Notes: generated from the letters alone by a model not told the origin. A stretch of 64,000 bases of DNA from Candidatus Kapaibacterium sp. (GCA_963664875.1 OY761611.1:2944001-3008000); one strand, 5' to 3'; shown: positions 1-12,364, counted from the stretch's first letter. Translations and numbers: made by a program.

Positions 1-1
1 T

Positions 2-256
2 TTAGAAGTAAGATCAAGAAGAGTAGGTGGTGCTACTTACCAAGTACCGGTGGAAGTTCGCGAGGAAAGACGTATCGCTCTTGCTATCCGCTGGTTAAAA
101 ACCTATGCTAAAGCTCGCCGTGATAACTCTATGGCACAAAAATTAGCTGCTGAGTTTATGGCTGCTGCTAAAGGCGAAGGTTCATCCGTTAAAAAACGCG
201 ATGACGTACATAGAATGGCTGAAGCCAACAAAGCTTTTGCTCATTTTAAATGGTAA
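2..256 (+). CDS. rpsG: 30S ribosomal protein S7, 5'-truncated by window edge
   Basis: Frame is open from base 2: [19 protein letters not shown]...[15 protein letters not shown]. Confidence 0.98.
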   Translation, partial: LEVRSRRVGGATYQVPVEVREERRIALAIRWLKTYAKARRDNSMAQKLAAEFMAAAKGEGSSVKKRDDVHRMAEANKAFAHFKW

Positions 257-305
257 AAAAACTAAATCGTTCTTTGTCAATTAAATTAACCTGACAGTTT
301 ATATT

Positions 306-2360
306 ATGGCGCGGCAAAAAGACATCGCAAAGATTAGAAACATTGGTATTATGGCTCACATTGATGCCGGTAAAACAACGACAACGGAAAGAATCCTTTT
401 CTATTCAGGCTACTTACACAAAATCGGTGAAGTAGATGATGGTACTGCATTCATGGATTCCATGGATCAGGAAAAAGAAAGAGGGATTACTATTATGTCC
501 GCTGCTACTACTACTTATTGGAATGACCACCAAATCAATATTATTGATACACCAGGTCACGTTGATTTTACTGCTGAAGTGCAGAGATCGCTTAGAGTAT
601 TAGATGGTGCTATAGCTCTTTTTTGTGCAGTTGGAGGGGTAGAACCTCAATCTGAAACAGTATGGCATCAAGCTGATGAATACAAAGTGCCGAGAATTGC
701 TCACATAAACAAAATGGATAGATCCGGTGCGGATTTTTATCGTGTTTTGCGTATGATGAGGGAGAGGTTAGAAACCAATCCGATAGCAATTCAGATACCA
801 ATAGGAGCTGAAGACACTTATGAAGGTGTTATCGATCTAATTAACATGAAGGCTATCTACTTTAATCAAGAAGATCAGGGCTTGACGATGGAATACAAAG
901 ATATTCCCGACAACTACTTGGCTAAAGCAGAAGAGTACAGATCTATAATGGTTGAAGCCATTGCCGAGAAAGATGACGAAATGCTTGGTAAATACTTAGA
1001 GGGCGAAGAGCCTTCGAGCGATGAGCTTAAAAGAGTATTGAGAGCAGCTGTTATTTCTCGTGAGATAGTACCGGTAACTTGCGGTACTTCCTTAAAAAAT
1101 TCGGGTGTTCAACCCCTTATGGATTCTGTTATTGATTATTTACCTTCGCCTCTTGAAGTTGTATATCAAGAGGGTTATGATGTAGATAACATAGAAAAGA
1201 AAATATCCCGCAAACCTGACGAAAATGAGCCATTCTCTGCTTTGGCATTTAAAGTGCTCTCTGACCCATATATGGGTAGAGTAACATTTGCAAGAATATA
1301 CTCAGGAAAGCTCGAATTGGGGCAAACGGTACAAAATCCGGGTGCCGACAAGAAAGAGAAAATCTTGAAAATATTTAAAATGATGTCCAATAGAAGAGAA
1401 GAGATCAAAGAAGCGTCAATCGGAGATATTGTAGCTATACCTGGTCTTAGGTTTACTAAAACCGGTGATACTCTCTGCGATATGAAAAATCAGATTTTAT
1501 TCGAAAAAATCAGATTTGCCGAACCTGTAATAAAACAAAGTATAGAAGCTAAGACTTTAGCAGATCAGGACAAACTTATTGCTGTACTCGAAAAGTTAAG
1601 CGATGAGGATCCTACCTTTAAGTTTGAAAACGACGAAGATAGTGGTCAGCTTTTGATAGCCGGAGTTGGTGAGCTTCACCTTGAGATAATTGCAGATAGG
1701 CTCGACAGAGAGTTTAAAGTACCTGCTCGCTTAGGCAAACCTCAAGTAGCATACCGAGAAACTGTATCTTCAAGGACAGTCCACGAGGCAGAGTTTAATC
1801 GTGAGATAGCCGGAAAGAAACAGTATGGTCATGTAACAATAGAGCTTTTCCCCGAGGAACGTGGCAAAGGCATCTGCTTTGAAAACAAAGTAGAGCTCAA
1901 AGCTCTCGATCAAGAAATGCGAGACGCTTTGAAAACCGGAGCTACGCTCGGATTGCAAGTGGGACCACAAGGCTATACGATGATAGATGTAGGTGTCAGG
2001 TTAATTGATGTCAAACATGATTTAGATGCTTCCACTGCTATGGGTTATAAAATAGCAATATCAAATGCAGTAAGGGAAGCAGCACAAAAGGCTGACCCGA
2101 TATTGCTTGAGCCTGTATTTAGTTTGGAAGTAGTATCTCCTGATGAATATATGGGAGATATAATAGCCGACCTAAGTAGCAGAAGAGGAAGAATAGAAGG
2201 CATCAGTCAAAGAGGAAATATGCAGGTAATTCATGGGTTAGCACCCCTTTCGGAAATGTTTGGTTATGTTACTAAACTAAGATCCGCAAGCCAGGGAAGA
2301 GCAGTTTACACAATGGTATTCTCTCACTATGAACCTGCTTTAAAGAAAGAAATGTTTTAA
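306..2360 (+). CDS. fusA: Elongation factor G (str-operon copy with divergent domain IV)
   Basis: [26 protein letters not shown] motifs; lies between rpsG and tuf. Confidence 0.95.
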   Translation: MARQKDIAKIRNIGIMAHIDAGKTTTTERILFYSGYLHKIGEVDDGTAFMDSMDQEKERGITIMSAATTTYWNDHQINIIDTPGHVDFTAEVQRSLRVLDGAIALFCAVGGVEPQSETVWHQADEYKVPRIAHINKMDRSGADFYRVLRMMRERLETNPIAIQIPIGAEDTYEGVIDLINMKAIYFNQEDQGLTMEYKDIPDNYLAKAEEYRSIMVEAIAEKDDEMLGKYLEGEEPSSDELKRVLRAAVISREIVPVTCGTSLKNSGVQPLMDSVIDYLPSPLEVVYQEGYDVDNIEKKISRKPDENEPFSALAFKVLSDPYMGRVTFARIYSGKLELGQTVQNPGADKKEKILKIFKMMSNRREEIKEASIGDIVAIPGLRFTKTGDTLCDMKNQILFEKIRFAEPVIKQSIEAKTLADQDKLIAVLEKLSDEDPTFKFENDEDSGQLLIAGVGELHLEIIADRLDREFKVPARLGKPQVAYRETVSSRTVHEAEFNREIAGKKQYGHVTIELFPEERGKGICFENKVELKALDQEMRDALKTGATLGLQVGPQGYTMIDVGVRLIDVKHDLDASTAMGYKIAISNAVREAAQKADPILLEPVFSLEVVSPDEYMGDIIADLSSRRGRIEGISQRGNMQVIHGLAPLSEMFGYVTKLRSASQGRAVYTMVFSHYEPALKKEMF

Positions 2361-2407
2361 TTATCCTTTTTTTTTAAATATACGCATTAACAAAAGGAAC
2401 TATTGAA

Positions 2408-3619
2408 ATGGCTAAGGAAAAATTTGATCGCAGTAAACCCCACGTCAACGTTGGTACAATTGGACACGTTGATCATGGTAAAACTACACTAACAGCAGCT
2501 ATCACTATGGCTTTGGCTGTAAAAGATACAAGTGCTGAAAAACGCTCTTTTGATTCTATCGATAACGCTCCAGAAGAAAAAGAACGCGGTATTACAATCG
2601 CAACTGCTCACGTTGAGTATGAAACAGCTGCTCGTCACTATGCTCACGTTGACTGCCCTGGTCACGCTGACTACGTGAAAAACATGATCACTGGTGCTGC
2701 TCAGATGGACGGTGCGATATTAGTATGTGCGGCTACTGACGGTCCTATGCCTCAGACACGCGAACACATCTTGCTTGCTCGTCAGGTAGGTGTTCCAAGA
2801 ATCGTAGTATTCTTGAATAAAGTAGATATCGCTGACGCAGAATTGTTAGAATTGGTTGAAATGGAACTTAGAGATCTATTGAACCAATACGAATTCCCGG
2901 GCGATGATCTTCCAATCGTACCAGGCTCAGCTTTATTAGCATTAGAAGCTGGTTCAGAAGACGGCGTTTCTGCTGACGACGAAAGATTGCAATGTATCTA
3001 CAACTTGATGGATCAGGTTGATGAATATATCCCAACTCCTGAAAGAGATACTGAAAAACCATTCTTGATGCCTGTAGAGGACGTGTTCTCAATCACAGGT
3101 CGTGGTACAGTAGCAACAGGTCGTATCGAACGCGGTATAGTAAAAGTAAACGAAGAAGTTGAAATCGTAGGTTTCGGTCTTCAGAAAAAAACTACTTGTA
3201 CAGGCGTTGAAATGTTCCGTAAACTTCTTGATGAAGGTAGAGCAGGCGATAACGTTGGTCTATTGCTTCGTGGTGTAGACAAAAACGAAATCGAACGCGG
3301 TATGGTTATCTCTAAACCAGGTTCAATCAAACCTCACCACAAATTTACAGCTCAGGTTTACGTGTTGAAAAAAGAAGAAGGTGGACGCCACACTCCATTC
3401 TTTAATGGATATCGCCCTCAGTTCTACTTCCGTACAACAGACGTAACAGGCTCACTTACTTTACCTGAAGGTACAGAAATGGTTATGCCTGGCGACAACT
3501 TGGATGCTATCTCTATCGAACTAATTACTCCGGTTGCGATGGAAGAAGGTTTGCGCTTTGCGATCCGTGAAGGCGGTCGTACAGTAGGTGCAGGTGTTGT
3601 TACAAAAATTATCGAATAG
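2408..3619 (+). CDS. tuf: Elongation factor Tu
   Basis: [34 protein letters not shown]. Confidence 0.99.
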   Translation: MAKEKFDRSKPHVNVGTIGHVDHGKTTLTAAITMALAVKDTSAEKRSFDSIDNAPEEKERGITIATAHVEYETAARHYAHVDCPGHADYVKNMITGAAQMDGAILVCAATDGPMPQTREHILLARQVGVPRIVVFLNKVDIADAELLELVEMELRDLLNQYEFPGDDLPIVPGSALLALEAGSEDGVSADDERLQCIYNLMDQVDEYIPTPERDTEKPFLMPVEDVFSITGRGTVATGRIERGIVKVNEEVEIVGFGLQKKTTCTGVEMFRKLLDEGRAGDNVGLLLRGVDKNEIERGMVISKPGSIKPHHKFTAQVYVLKKEEGGRHTPFFNGYRPQFYFRTTDVTGSLTLPEGTEMVMPGDNLDAISIELITPVAMEEGLRFAIREGGRTVGAGVVTKIIE

Positions 3620-3684
3620 TCAGTTTTAATGAACCTGAGGAAAACTAAACAGATTATCACAGGTAAATAAGTTGAGGAAATAAA

Positions 3685-3993
3685 GTGGCAACACAAAAAA
3701 TAAGAATCAAGTTAAAATCATACGATCATAAACTGATTGATAAATCATCAGAAAGAATAGTACGTACCGTAAAACAGACCGGAGCAGTTGTCTCCGGTCC
3801 GGTACCTCTGCCGACTCGTAGAACTGTTTATACTGTAAACCGTTCACCACACGTGGACAAAAAATCAAGAGAACAGTTTGAAGCAAGAATACACAAAAGG
3901 TTGATTGATATTTTCAGTTCATCTCAAAAAACTATCGATGCCTTGATGAGGTTAGAATTGCCGGCAGGCGTTGAAGTTGAAGTAAAGGTATAA
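3685..3993 (+). CDS. rpsJ: 30S ribosomal protein S10 (GTG start)
   Basis: [31 protein letters not shown]. Confidence 0.98.
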   Translation: MATQKIRIKLKSYDHKLIDKSSERIVRTVKQTGAVVSGPVPLPTRRTVYTVNRSPHVDKKSREQFEARIHKRLIDIFSSSQKTIDALMRLELPAGVEVEVKV

Positions 3994-4009
3994 GGGGAGG
4001 ACAAACGAA

Positions 4010-4633
4010 ATGCAAACAGCAATTTTAGGTAAAAAAATTGGTATGACAAGCTTGTTTACTGCAACCGGTGAACATATCCCCGTTACAGTAGTCGAAGCCG
4101 GTCCATGCCCTGTAGTGTTGAAAAGAACTGAAGATAAAGACGGCTATAAAGCAATCCAGATAGGTTTTGGTGCAACTACAGAAAAACGCACAAATAAACC
4201 AATGATGGGTCAGTTTACTAAAGCCGGTGTCGAACCTAAAAAAGTATTAAGAGAATTTCGTGATGTAGCTACTGAATATAATGTAGGTGATACAATAACA
4301 GTAGAAGCATTCACAAAAGGTGATAAGGTACACGTATCAGGTACAAGCAAAGGTCGCGGTTTTGCCGGTGTAATGAGACGCCACAACTTTAGCGGTGTGG
4401 GTATGGCTACACACGGTCAGAAAAACCGCCAGAGACACCCGGGTTCTGTTGGTATGTCGAGCGATCCTTCAAGAGTACTTAAAGGAATGCGCATGGGCGG
4501 CCAAATGGGTAACAAGAAAGCAACTACCCGTAACCTGGAAATCGTGGAAGTAATCCCGGATAAAAACCTAATCCTTGTGAAAGGAAGCGTACCGGGTGCA
4601 CCTAATTCATTATTGGAAATAGTTAAGCAATAA
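4010..4633 (+). CDS. rplC: 50S ribosomal protein L3
   Basis: GKKIGMT, SKGRGFAG, KGSVPG; S10 operon order. Confidence 0.98.
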   Translation: MQTAILGKKIGMTSLFTATGEHIPVTVVEAGPCPVVLKRTEDKDGYKAIQIGFGATTEKRTNKPMMGQFTKAGVEPKKVLREFRDVATEYNVGDTITVEAFTKGDKVHVSGTSKGRGFAGVMRRHNFSGVGMATHGQKNRQRHPGSVGMSSDPSRVLKGMRMGGQMGNKKATTRNLEIVEVIPDKNLILVKGSVPGAPNSLLEIVKQ

Positions 4634-4642
4634 GGCGATAAA

Positions 4643-5269
4643 ATGCAGGTAGATCTTTTTAATAAAGATGGGCAGACATCCGGCTCAGTAGAATTGCAAG
4701 ATTCGATTTTTGGTATAGAGCCAAACGAAAATGCAATGCACCAAGCCGTTCTTGTTTACTTAGCTCATCAAAGACAAGGTAATCATAAGACAAAAATCCG
4801 CTCAGAAGTATCAGGTGGTGGTAAAAAACCTTGGCGTCAGAAAGGACGCGGCACGGCTCGCGCCGGCTCCACAAGGTCACCTTTATGGGTTGGCGGTGGT
4901 ACTGTCCACGGACCAAAAGTGCACAGATATAATTTGAAAATTACTAAAAAATTAGCACGATTGGCGAAAAAATCAGCCTTTTCAATGAGAGCACAAGAAA
5001 AGAATCTGATGGTAATAGAAGACTTTTCTTTCGATCAAATTAGAACAAAAGATATGGCAAAAGTACTCAAAAACTTGAAGCTCGAAGGCCAAAAAGTATT
5101 GGTATTGTTGCCCAATATCGACCATAAGCTCTTGATGTCAGCACGTAATATACCCGGTGTTGATGTTTTCCAAGCTGATTTGATTAGCACTTATGATATT
5201 TTAAATCATAAAAAGATCCTTCTATTCAAAGGTGCGATAGTAAATATCGAGAATGCTTTTAATAATTAA
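4643..5269 (+). CDS. rplD: 50S ribosomal protein L4
   Basis: KPWRQKGRGTARAGSTRSPLWVGGG. Confidence 0.98.
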   Translation: MQVDLFNKDGQTSGSVELQDSIFGIEPNENAMHQAVLVYLAHQRQGNHKTKIRSEVSGGGKKPWRQKGRGTARAGSTRSPLWVGGGTVHGPKVHRYNLKITKKLARLAKKSAFSMRAQEKNLMVIEDFSFDQIRTKDMAKVLKNLKLEGQKVLVLLPNIDHKLLMSARNIPGVDVFQADLISTYDILNHKKILLFKGAIVNIENAFNN

Positions 5270-5284
5270 TAGTGGTATATAATA

Positions 5285-5581
5285 ATGATCCAGGTATTAA
5301 AACGACCGGTTATCACAGAAAAAGCGATGAAGCTTGCGGAGCAAGGTCAATACGTATTTGAATGCCATCCGGATGCAAATAAAATACAGATCAAACAAGC
5401 AATTGAAGAAATGTATGAAGTGAATGTGATAAGCGTACGTACAGCCAGAATAAAAGGAAAAAGAAAAATGCGTTACACTAAACGCGGTCTTATGAGAGGC
5501 AGTACGGCATTGAGAAAAAAAGCATTCATCAGGCTGAAAGAAGGACAAGAAATTGAGTTGGTAAGTGGAGCTCAAGGCTAA
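5285..5581 (+). CDS. rplW: 50S ribosomal protein L23
   Basis: PVITEKA, ANKIQIKQAIE, KKAFIRL. Confidence 0.97.
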   Translation: MIQVLKRPVITEKAMKLAEQGQYVFECHPDANKIQIKQAIEEMYEVNVISVRTARIKGKRKMRYTKRGLMRGSTALRKKAFIRLKEGQEIELVSGAQG

Positions 5582-5625
5582 TTTAATTTATTCTAGTATT
5601 CAAAATAAAAAAGTGACGACGAAAG

Positions 5626-6465
5626 ATGGCACTAAGAATATTAAAACCTATTACTCCGGGTACGCGCTTTTACTCTGTAAGCTCTTTTGACGAAGTAACT
5701 ACGGATAAGCCATATAAAAAACTTACAACTGCCCTAAAAAAATCAGGTGGACGAAACAATACCGGACGTATTACGTCTCGTCACCGCGGGGGTGGTCATA
5801 AAAGAAGATACCGTATTATAGATTTCAAAAGAAATAAAATCGGTATGAAGGCTTTCGTAGAAACTATCGAATACGATCCGAACAGATCGGCTCGTATAGC
5901 TTTAGTAAAGTACGAAGATGGTGAGTACAGATATATACTCGCTCCGGATAAATTGAAGGTAGGACAGGAAATAATTGCCGGACCTGAAGTGGAATATAAC
6001 GATGGTAATGCACTGCCGTTAGCAAAAATTCCGGTTGGTCTATTCATCCATAATATTGAGATGAAGCCAGGCAAAGGTGGACAACTCGTAAGAAGTGCAG
6101 GTACTGCGGCGCAGCTTGTCGGTTTCGACGGTAAATACGCTCAGGTAAAATTGCCTTCAGGCGAAATGAGATTAATCCCTAAAGTATGCTATGCAACTTT
6201 GGGTACAGTAAGCAACCATGACCACGAAAATATAATGAAAGGTAAAGCCGGCCGTAATAGATGGTTAGGTATCAGACCTCAGACTCGTGGTATGGCAATG
6301 AACCCGATCGATCACCCTATGGGCGGTGGTGAAGGTACTTCTAAATCAGGTGGTGGACGTCAACATCCGAGAACTCCTTGGGGTAAATACACTAAAGGTC
6401 TTAAAACTCGTAAAAAACGTAACTTATCTGATAAATTCATTGTTCGTAGAAGAAATAAAAAATAA
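5626..6465 (+). CDS. rplB: 50S ribosomal protein L2
   Basis: [30 protein letters not shown]. Confidence 0.99.
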   Translation: MALRILKPITPGTRFYSVSSFDEVTTDKPYKKLTTALKKSGGRNNTGRITSRHRGGGHKRRYRIIDFKRNKIGMKAFVETIEYDPNRSARIALVKYEDGEYRYILAPDKLKVGQEIIAGPEVEYNDGNALPLAKIPVGLFIHNIEMKPGKGGQLVRSAGTAAQLVGFDGKYAQVKLPSGEMRLIPKVCYATLGTVSNHDHENIMKGKAGRNRWLGIRPQTRGMAMNPIDHPMGGGEGTSKSGGGRQHPRTPWGKYTKGLKTRKKRNLSDKFIVRRRNKK

Positions 6466-6477
6466 TAGGTGCGTGGT

Positions 6478-6747
6478 ATGTCTCGCTCATTAAAAAAAGG
6501 TATTTTCGTACACTATAAATTGCAGAAGAAAATCGACGATCTTAATAACGCTAGTCAGAAAAAAGTTATTAAGACATGGTCGAGAGCTTCTACTATAACG
6601 CCTGATTTTGTAAATCATACTGTAGCTGTACACAATGGTAAAAACTTCATCCCTGTATTTGTTACAGAAAACATGGTTGGGCATAAATTAGGTGAGTTTG
6701 CTCCAACCAGGACTTATAGAGGACATGCAGGTCACAGGAAAAAATAA
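6478..6747 (+). CDS. rpsS: 30S ribosomal protein S19 (start moved to ATG 6478)
   Basis: [25 protein letters not shown]. Confidence 0.97.
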   Translation: MSRSLKKGIFVHYKLQKKIDDLNNASQKKVIKTWSRASTITPDFVNHTVAVHNGKNFIPVFVTENMVGHKLGEFAPTRTYRGHAGHRKK

Positions 6748-6774
6748 AAATAAGATAACACCATTGGAGTTATA

Positions 6775-7134
6775 ATGGAAGCAAAGGCTTTAAAAAAGTA
6801 TATTAGATGCTCGCCACGTAAAATGCGTTTAGTAATTGACATGATTCGTGGCAAAAAAGCAGATGAAGCATTGACTATATTAAGGTTCTCTCCTAAAAGA
6901 GCCGCCAGCGATGCTGAAAAAGTGCTACGCTCTGCAGTAGCAAACTTGACTCTAAAAGCTCAGAATGAGCAGTTAGCTATCAACGATGATGACGTTTTTG
7001 TAAAAGCTGCTATGGTTGATGCAGGTCCTGCTATGAAAAGAATTCGCCCTGCGCCAATGGGTAGAGCTTACAGAGTAAGAAAAAGAACTAATCATCTGAC
7101 TATTGTTGTAGCAACTGTAGATAATTTAAAATAA
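6775..7134 (+). CDS. rplV: 50S ribosomal protein L22
   Basis: SPRKMRLV, RPAPMGRA, HLTIVV. Confidence 0.97.
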   Translation: MEAKALKKYIRCSPRKMRLVIDMIRGKKADEALTILRFSPKRAASDAEKVLRSAVANLTLKAQNEQLAINDDDVFVKAAMVDAGPAMKRIRPAPMGRAYRVRKRTNHLTIVVATVDNLK

Positions 7135-7143
7135 GGATTTGCA

Positions 7144-7770
7144 ATGGGACAAAAGATAAACCCTATCGGCTTTAGATTGGGTATCAACAGAAGCTGGGAT
7201 GCGAACTGGTTCGATGAAAAGAACTTGGCTGAAAAGCTTGCTGAAGATGTCCGCGTAAGAGCTTACATCAGACAACGTAAGAAAAAAGCCGGTATCGCTA
7301 GAATCTTAGTTGAAAGAACTGCTAAACAACTTAGAATAACTATCAATACTTCAAGACCGGGTGTAATTATCGGTCGTAGCGGTAAAGATATTACTCAGTT
7401 GGAAGAAGAGCTTAAAAAACTTACATCTAAAGATGTAAAAATTCTTATCAGCGAAGTAAAAAGACCTGAATTGGATGCTTTGCTCGTAGCTGATAATATC
7501 GCTCAGCAATTAGAAGGCAGAATCTCTTTCCGTAGAGCGATGAAACAAGCTGTTTCCGGTGCTATGAGAACCGGTGCAAATGGTATCCGCGTAATGTGCT
7601 CAGGCCGCTTGGGTGGCGCTGAAATGGCACGTACTGAACAGTACAAACAAGGAAGAATTCCATTGCATACGCTTAGAGCAAATATAGACTATGGCACTGC
7701 AACTGCCCATACAATTTATGGAGCACTTGGTGTAAAAGTTTGGATTTGTAAAGGCGATATAATTGGTTAA
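7144..7770 (+). CDS. rpsC: 30S ribosomal protein S3
   Basis: [30 protein letters not shown]. Confidence 0.98.
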   Translation: MGQKINPIGFRLGINRSWDANWFDEKNLAEKLAEDVRVRAYIRQRKKKAGIARILVERTAKQLRITINTSRPGVIIGRSGKDITQLEEELKKLTSKDVKILISEVKRPELDALLVADNIAQQLEGRISFRRAMKQAVSGAMRTGANGIRVMCSGRLGGAEMARTEQYKQGRIPLHTLRANIDYGTATAHTIYGALGVKVWICKGDIIG

Positions 7771-7806
7771 ATTTGTAGTAGTAGTATATACGGCGGGTAA
7801 TTTATT

Positions 7807-8238
7807 ATGTTAATGCCCAAAAGAGTAAAGAGAAGAAAGACCCAACGCGGTACCATGAAGGGCAAAGCAATCAAAGGCTCATTGGTTACTTTCGGTTCAT
7901 TTGGTTTAAAAGCTTTAGAACCAAAATGGATCACTAACCGTCAAATCGAGTCTGCTCGTATTGCGATCAACAGGTACTTAAAACGCGATGGTAAAGTATG
8001 GATAAGAATATTTCCTGACAAACCATTTACTAAACAACCGGCCGAAACTCGTATGGGTAAAGGTAAAGGTAGCCCTGAGGGCTGGGTAGCGGTGGTAAAA
8101 CCGGGAAGAATTTTATTCGAAATCGACGGTGTGAGTGAAGAGGCAGCTAAAGAAGCTTTAAGGCTTGCTTCTCACAAATTACCAATTCAAACAAAATTTG
8201 TCAAACGTATCGATTTAGTGTATAATGAAGCCTCGTAA
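7807..8238 (+). CDS. rplP: 50S ribosomal protein L16
   Basis: [23 protein letters not shown]. Confidence 0.98.
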   Translation: MLMPKRVKRRKTQRGTMKGKAIKGSLVTFGSFGLKALEPKWITNRQIESARIAINRYLKRDGKVWIRIFPDKPFTKQPAETRMGKGKGSPEGWVAVVKPGRILFEIDGVSEEAAKEALRLASHKLPIQTKFVKRIDLVYNEAS

Positions 8239-8425
8239 AGCTGAAGTATTGAGAGAACTCACCCAGGAAGAATTGGTGAACGCACTTGGCGAAGCTGAAG
8301 AAACTTTCGCAAAACAGCGATTTCAGCACGCGTTAAAGCAGCTTCATGATACCAGCTACCTGAAGATCTTGAAAAAAGATATAGCTAGAATGAAAACTAT
8401 CCTAAACGAACGTCACAGTTCATAG
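8225..8425 (+). CDS. rpmC: 50S ribosomal protein L29
   Basis: [13 protein letters not shown]; between rplP and rpsQ. Confidence 0.93.
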   Translation: MKPRKAEVLRELTQEELVNALGEAEETFAKQRFQHALKQLHDTSYLKILKKDIARMKTILNERHSS

Positions 8426-8441
8426 TTAGTGAGAGAAGAAA

Positions 8442-8777
8442 ATGGAAGAGATGAAAAATCAAACTGTAAATACTCCTGAAGTAAATCAAGAAGTAGTTCG
8501 CGATATGGCTCAGGGAGCTCAAACAGTAAAATCAAGAAAGAGAATTCTTACAGGTAAGGTGGTATCTAATAAATGCGATAAAACCATCACTGTTTCAGTA
8601 GAGAGACAAATCGCACATCCAATCTATAAAAAGTACTACAAAAGAAGTAAGAAATTTATGGCTCATGATGTAGATAACTCTTGTAATATCGGTGATACTG
8701 TAAGAATTAGAGAATGCAGACCTCTTAGCGCTAAAAAGCGTTGGGAACTTGTAGATATTTTAATGCGTGCGAAGTAA
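8442..8777 (+). CDS. rpsQ: 30S ribosomal protein S17 with N-terminal extension
   Basis: [31 protein letters not shown]. Confidence 0.96.
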   Translation: MEEMKNQTVNTPEVNQEVVRDMAQGAQTVKSRKRILTGKVVSNKCDKTITVSVERQIAHPIYKKYYKRSKKFMAHDVDNSCNIGDTVRIRECRPLSAKKRWELVDILMRAK

Positions 8778-8790
8778 AAAGGAATAAACC

Positions 8791-9159
8791 ATGGTACAAG
8801 AAGAAACCAATCTTGCAGTCGCTGACAACTCTGGTGCTAAAAAAGTAAGATGCATCCGTGTACTCGGCGGTCATGGAAAAAAATACGCATCCGTTGGGGA
8901 TATGATAATAGTTGCCGTAAAAGCTGCTATTCCTAACTCTGCAGTAAAAAAAGGTACGGTGCAGAAAGCTGTAGTAGTCAGAACCGCTAAAGAAATACAA
9001 AGAAAAGATGGCTCTTGCATCAGGTTCGACGAAAATGCAGCTGTGATACTCAACGATAAAGGGGAACCTAAAGGTACTCGTATTTTCGGACCTGTTGCCC
9101 GCGAATTGCGTGAAAAGAACTATATGAAGATAGTATCATTAGCACCCGAAGTTCTTTAA
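8791..9159 (+). CDS. rplN: 50S ribosomal protein L14
   Basis: [28 protein letters not shown]. Confidence 0.99.
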   Translation: MVQEETNLAVADNSGAKKVRCIRVLGGHGKKYASVGDMIIVAVKAAIPNSAVKKGTVQKAVVVRTAKEIQRKDGSCIRFDENAAVILNDKGEPKGTRIFGPVARELREKNYMKIVSLAPEVL

Positions 9160-9173
9160 TAAAGGTGAGCTAA

Positions 9174-9506
9174 ATGAAGTTAAAAATAAGAAAAAATGAC
9201 ACTGTAAAGGTCATATCCGGTAACTCAGCGGGTACTGTAGGCAGAGTCCTAGAAGTTTACCCTGAAAAAATGAGAGTACTTGTAGAAGGTGTGAATGTTC
9301 GTGTGAAACACATGAAACCAAACCAACAGAATCAACAAGGTGGCAAAGTATCAATGGAAATGCCAATTCACTACTCTAATGTGATGATAGTTGACTCTGA
9401 AGGCAAACCTACAAGAGTAGGTGTAAGACACGAAATTCAAGAAAAAGACGGTAAGCAAAAAAGAAAAGCTATCCGCGTAGCAAAGTCAAACGGTAAAGAT
9501 TTATAA
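9174..9506 (+). CDS. rplX: 50S ribosomal protein L24
   Basis: KOW region DTVKVISG, VEGVN, PIHYSNV. Confidence 0.97.
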   Translation: MKLKIRKNDTVKVISGNSAGTVGRVLEVYPEKMRVLVEGVNVRVKHMKPNQQNQQGGKVSMEMPIHYSNVMIVDSEGKPTRVGVRHEIQEKDGKQKRKAIRVAKSNGKDL

Positions 9507-9524
9507 TTTTTATAAAAAAGTAAT

Positions 9525-10172
9525 ATGGCTAAGAACAAGAATAATCAGCAAACAGCTACGGCAGGCAAGTCCGATTTCGTTTTCGAAGGTAAAAGACTCG
9601 AAGATGTACAGGGCGCACAGCCACCTGTCCCTAGATTAGCTGAATTCTACAAAGAAAAAGTCGTACCTGCACTCATGAAAAAATTCAATTACTCCTCAGT
9701 AATGCAGGTTCCAAAATTGGAAAAAATCTGCTTGAACATGGGTATAGGCGACGCTGTACAAGACAAAAAACTTTTGCAAAGTGCTATCAACGAGTTAGAG
9801 CTTATCACCGGTCAAAGACCTTCGATAAGAAAAGCTAAAAAAGCTATTTCTAACTTTAAACTACGTCAAGATGTTCCAATCGGCTGTATGGTAACTCTTA
9901 GAAGAGCTAATATGTTCGAATTTTTGGACAGATTTATCAATATTTCTGCTCCTCGTATTCGTGACTTTAGAGGCTTTTCCGATAAAAGTTTTGACGGCAG
10001 GGGTAATTTCTCTATTGGTATCAAAGAGCAAATTATTTTCCCTGAAATTGATGTCGATAAAGTAAGTAGAATCTCAGGCTTGGATATAACTTTCGTAGTT
10101 AGATCTAACAGCGATGAAGAAACGAAAGCTTTAATGGATGAATTTGGTTTTCCGTTCCGTAGAAAAGACTAA
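9525..10172 (+). CDS. rplE: 50S ribosomal protein L5 with N-terminal extension
   Basis: [27 protein letters not shown]. Confidence 0.97.
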   Translation: MAKNKNNQQTATAGKSDFVFEGKRLEDVQGAQPPVPRLAEFYKEKVVPALMKKFNYSSVMQVPKLEKICLNMGIGDAVQDKKLLQSAINELELITGQRPSIRKAKKAISNFKLRQDVPIGCMVTLRRANMFEFLDRFINISAPRIRDFRGFSDKSFDGRGNFSIGIKEQIIFPEIDVDKVSRISGLDITFVVRSNSDEETKALMDEFGFPFRRKD

Positions 10173-10183
10173 AGAAGGTAGCT

Positions 10184-10453
10184 ATGTCAAAAGTTTCAAT
10201 TATAGCTCGTAACGAGAAAAGAAAAAGACTAGTAGAAAAATATGCAGAAAAAAGAGCTGCATTAAAAGAAGCCGGAGACCACGAAGGTTTACAAAAGCTT
10301 CCAAGAAACTCTGCTCCTACTAGACTACGTAATCGTTGCTCAGTTACAGGCAGAGGTCGCGGTGTTTACCGTAAGTTCGGGATCTGTCGTAATGTCTTCC
10401 GCCAGTTGGCTTCTGAAGGCAAAATTCCCGGTATTCGTAAGGCAAGTTGGTAA
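10184..10453 (+). CDS. rpsN: 30S ribosomal protein S14, 89-aa form without intact zinc ribbon
   Basis: [14 protein letters not shown]...GIRKASW; only two Cys. Confidence 0.97.
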   Translation: MSKVSIIARNEKRKRLVEKYAEKRAALKEAGDHEGLQKLPRNSAPTRLRNRCSVTGRGRGVYRKFGICRNVFRQLASEGKIPGIRKASW

Positions 10454-10473
10454 TTTTATTAACGGTAGAAATT

Positions 10474-10869
10474 ATGCCAGTAACAGATCAAATAGCAGAT
10501 TTTATCACTCGAATTAGAAATGCAGGTGCTGCAGGAAACAAAAAAGTTTCTGCACCTAAATCTAAGGTAAAAGTGGCAATTGCTAATATTCTAAAAGATC
10601 AAGGTTATATCGAAGACTTTAAAGTAATCGATGAAGGTGTGCAAGGCACAATAGAAGTATCTATCAGATACTATCGCAAAAAACCTTCTATTCTTGAAAT
10701 CAAAAGAATAAGCAAACCAGGAAGACGTATCTACGTACCTGCGGAAAAATTACCAAGAGTAAGAAATGGTCTTGGTATAGCTATTGTCTCTACATCTAAA
10801 GGTGTTATGACAGACAAACAAGCTCGCAAGATGAACGTAGGTGGCGAAGTACTTTGTACTGTATGGTAA
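10474..10869 (+). CDS. rpsH: 30S ribosomal protein S8 (start moved to ATG 10474)
   Basis: DQIADFITRIRNA, SKPGRRIY, GGEVLCTVW. Confidence 0.97.
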   Translation: MPVTDQIADFITRIRNAGAAGNKKVSAPKSKVKVAIANILKDQGYIEDFKVIDEGVQGTIEVSIRYYRKKPSILEIKRISKPGRRIYVPAEKLPRVRNGLGIAIVSTSKGVMTDKQARKMNVGGEVLCTVW

Positions 10870-10892
10870 TTAAATGAATAAGGAGCACAATC

Positions 10893-11429
10893 GTGTCAAG
10901 GATTGGAAATAACCCGATCGTCGTACCAGATAAAGTGTCGTTATCAATCGAAGGTAAATCAGTAATAGCAAAAGGCCCTTTGGGCGAGCTTACTGTAACG
11001 ATACCAAATGATATCGAACTAAAATATGAAAATAACACGATCACTTTCGAAAGAAACAGCAACCTAAAACATGTTAGAGCTGCTCACGGTCTAGCAAGAG
11101 CATTGACATTTAATGCAGTAGAAGGTGTTGCTAACGGCTTCAACAAAGTGCTTAATATCGAAGGTGTTGGTTACAAAGCCGAAATGAAAGGCGAAAGATT
11201 GTATCTAGCTTTAGGCTATTCACATCCAATTTTGTTCATCCCACCGGATGGAATCAAATTTGAAGTAAAAGGTAACCAAATCACTGTAAGTGGTATCGAT
11301 AAACAACTGGTAGGACAAATTGCAGCTAAAGTCAGAGGCTTTCGTCCACCTGAACCATACAAAGGTAAAGGTATTCGCTACAATGGTGAATATGTGCGTC
11401 GCAAAGCTGGTAAGACTTCTGCAAAATAG
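10893..11429 (+). CDS. rplF: 50S ribosomal protein L6 (GTG start)
   Basis: MSRIG, LGYSHP, PEPYKGKGIRY. Confidence 0.98.
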   Translation: MSRIGNNPIVVPDKVSLSIEGKSVIAKGPLGELTVTIPNDIELKYENNTITFERNSNLKHVRAAHGLARALTFNAVEGVANGFNKVLNIEGVGYKAEMKGERLYLALGYSHPILFIPPDGIKFEVKGNQITVSGIDKQLVGQIAAKVRGFRPPEPYKGKGIRYNGEYVRRKAGKTSAK

Positions 11430-11471
11430 TTCGTTGAATAATTCAGATTTTATAGCAAAAAGAGCTTGAAA

Positions 11472-11840
11472 ATGAAAGCACAAGAACTAAAAATAAAGCG
11501 CAGATTAAAAAGAAAAAAACATATTCGTAAAGATATGTTTGGTACTCAAGAAAGACCGAGAATGTCAGTAAGTAGAAGTTTGTCACACATTTATGTGCAA
11601 CTTATCGATGATGATAACCAAAGAACTTTGGTAAGCGCTTCTACATTGGACAAAGAAATTAAGGCTTTACTTGAAGGTAAATCTAAAAAAGAGCAAAGCA
11701 AATTAGTTGGTGAAGTGATTGCTAAAAAAGCAATGGCTGCAAACATCAATACTGTTTGTTTTGACAGAAATGGATATTTGTACCATGGCCGCATCAAAGA
11801 ATTGGCAGATGCAGCCAGAAATGGTGGTTTGAAATTTTAA
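11472..11840 (+). CDS. rplR: 50S ribosomal protein L18
   Basis: [21 protein letters not shown]. Confidence 0.97.
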   Translation: MKAQELKIKRRLKRKKHIRKDMFGTQERPRMSVSRSLSHIYVQLIDDDNQRTLVSASTLDKEIKALLEGKSKKEQSKLVGEVIAKKAMAANINTVCFDRNGYLYHGRIKELADAARNGGLKF

Positions 11841-11860
11841 GTTCTGGAAAAGGAGATATC

Positions 11861-12364
11861 GTGGCAAAGATTAAAGCCTCAGAACTCGAATTGAAAGACA
11901 AACTGGTTTACGTAGGCCGTACTGCTAAGGTAGTAAAAGGTGGTCGTAGATTTACTTTCTCAGCTATGGTTGTAGTTGGTGACAGTAATGGCCACGTTGG
12001 GTACGGCTTAGGTAAAGCTAGTGAAGTTGTCGATGCTGTATCTAAAGCAACTGATGCAGCTAAGAAAAACATAGTTAAGATTCGATTGCAAGATAACACT
12101 ATCCCACACGAAGTACTCGGTAGATACGGTGCTGCTAAAGTGCTTATCAAACCTGCATCTGCGGGTACCGGTGTGATTGCTGCCGGTGGTATTCGTGCCA
12201 TCTTAGAATTAGCAGGTGTGCAAGACGTACTTACTAAATCGTTAGGTTCGTCTAATCCACACAATACAGTTAAAGCTGCAGTGGCTGGTCTTGCTTCATT
12301 GGAAGATGCTCACTCAGTAGCTGAAAGACGTGGAATTTCTGTTGATAAGGTTATCAACGGTTAG
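11861..12364 (+). CDS. rpsE: 30S ribosomal protein S5 (GTG start)
   Basis: [18 protein letters not shown]; AGGAG upstream. Confidence 0.98.
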   Translation: MAKIKASELELKDKLVYVGRTAKVVKGGRRFTFSAMVVVGDSNGHVGYGLGKASEVVDAVSKATDAAKKNIVKIRLQDNTIPHEVLGRYGAAKVLIKPASAGTGVIAAGGIRAILELAGVQDVLTKSLGSSNPHNTVKAAVAGLASLEDAHSVAERRGISVDKVING

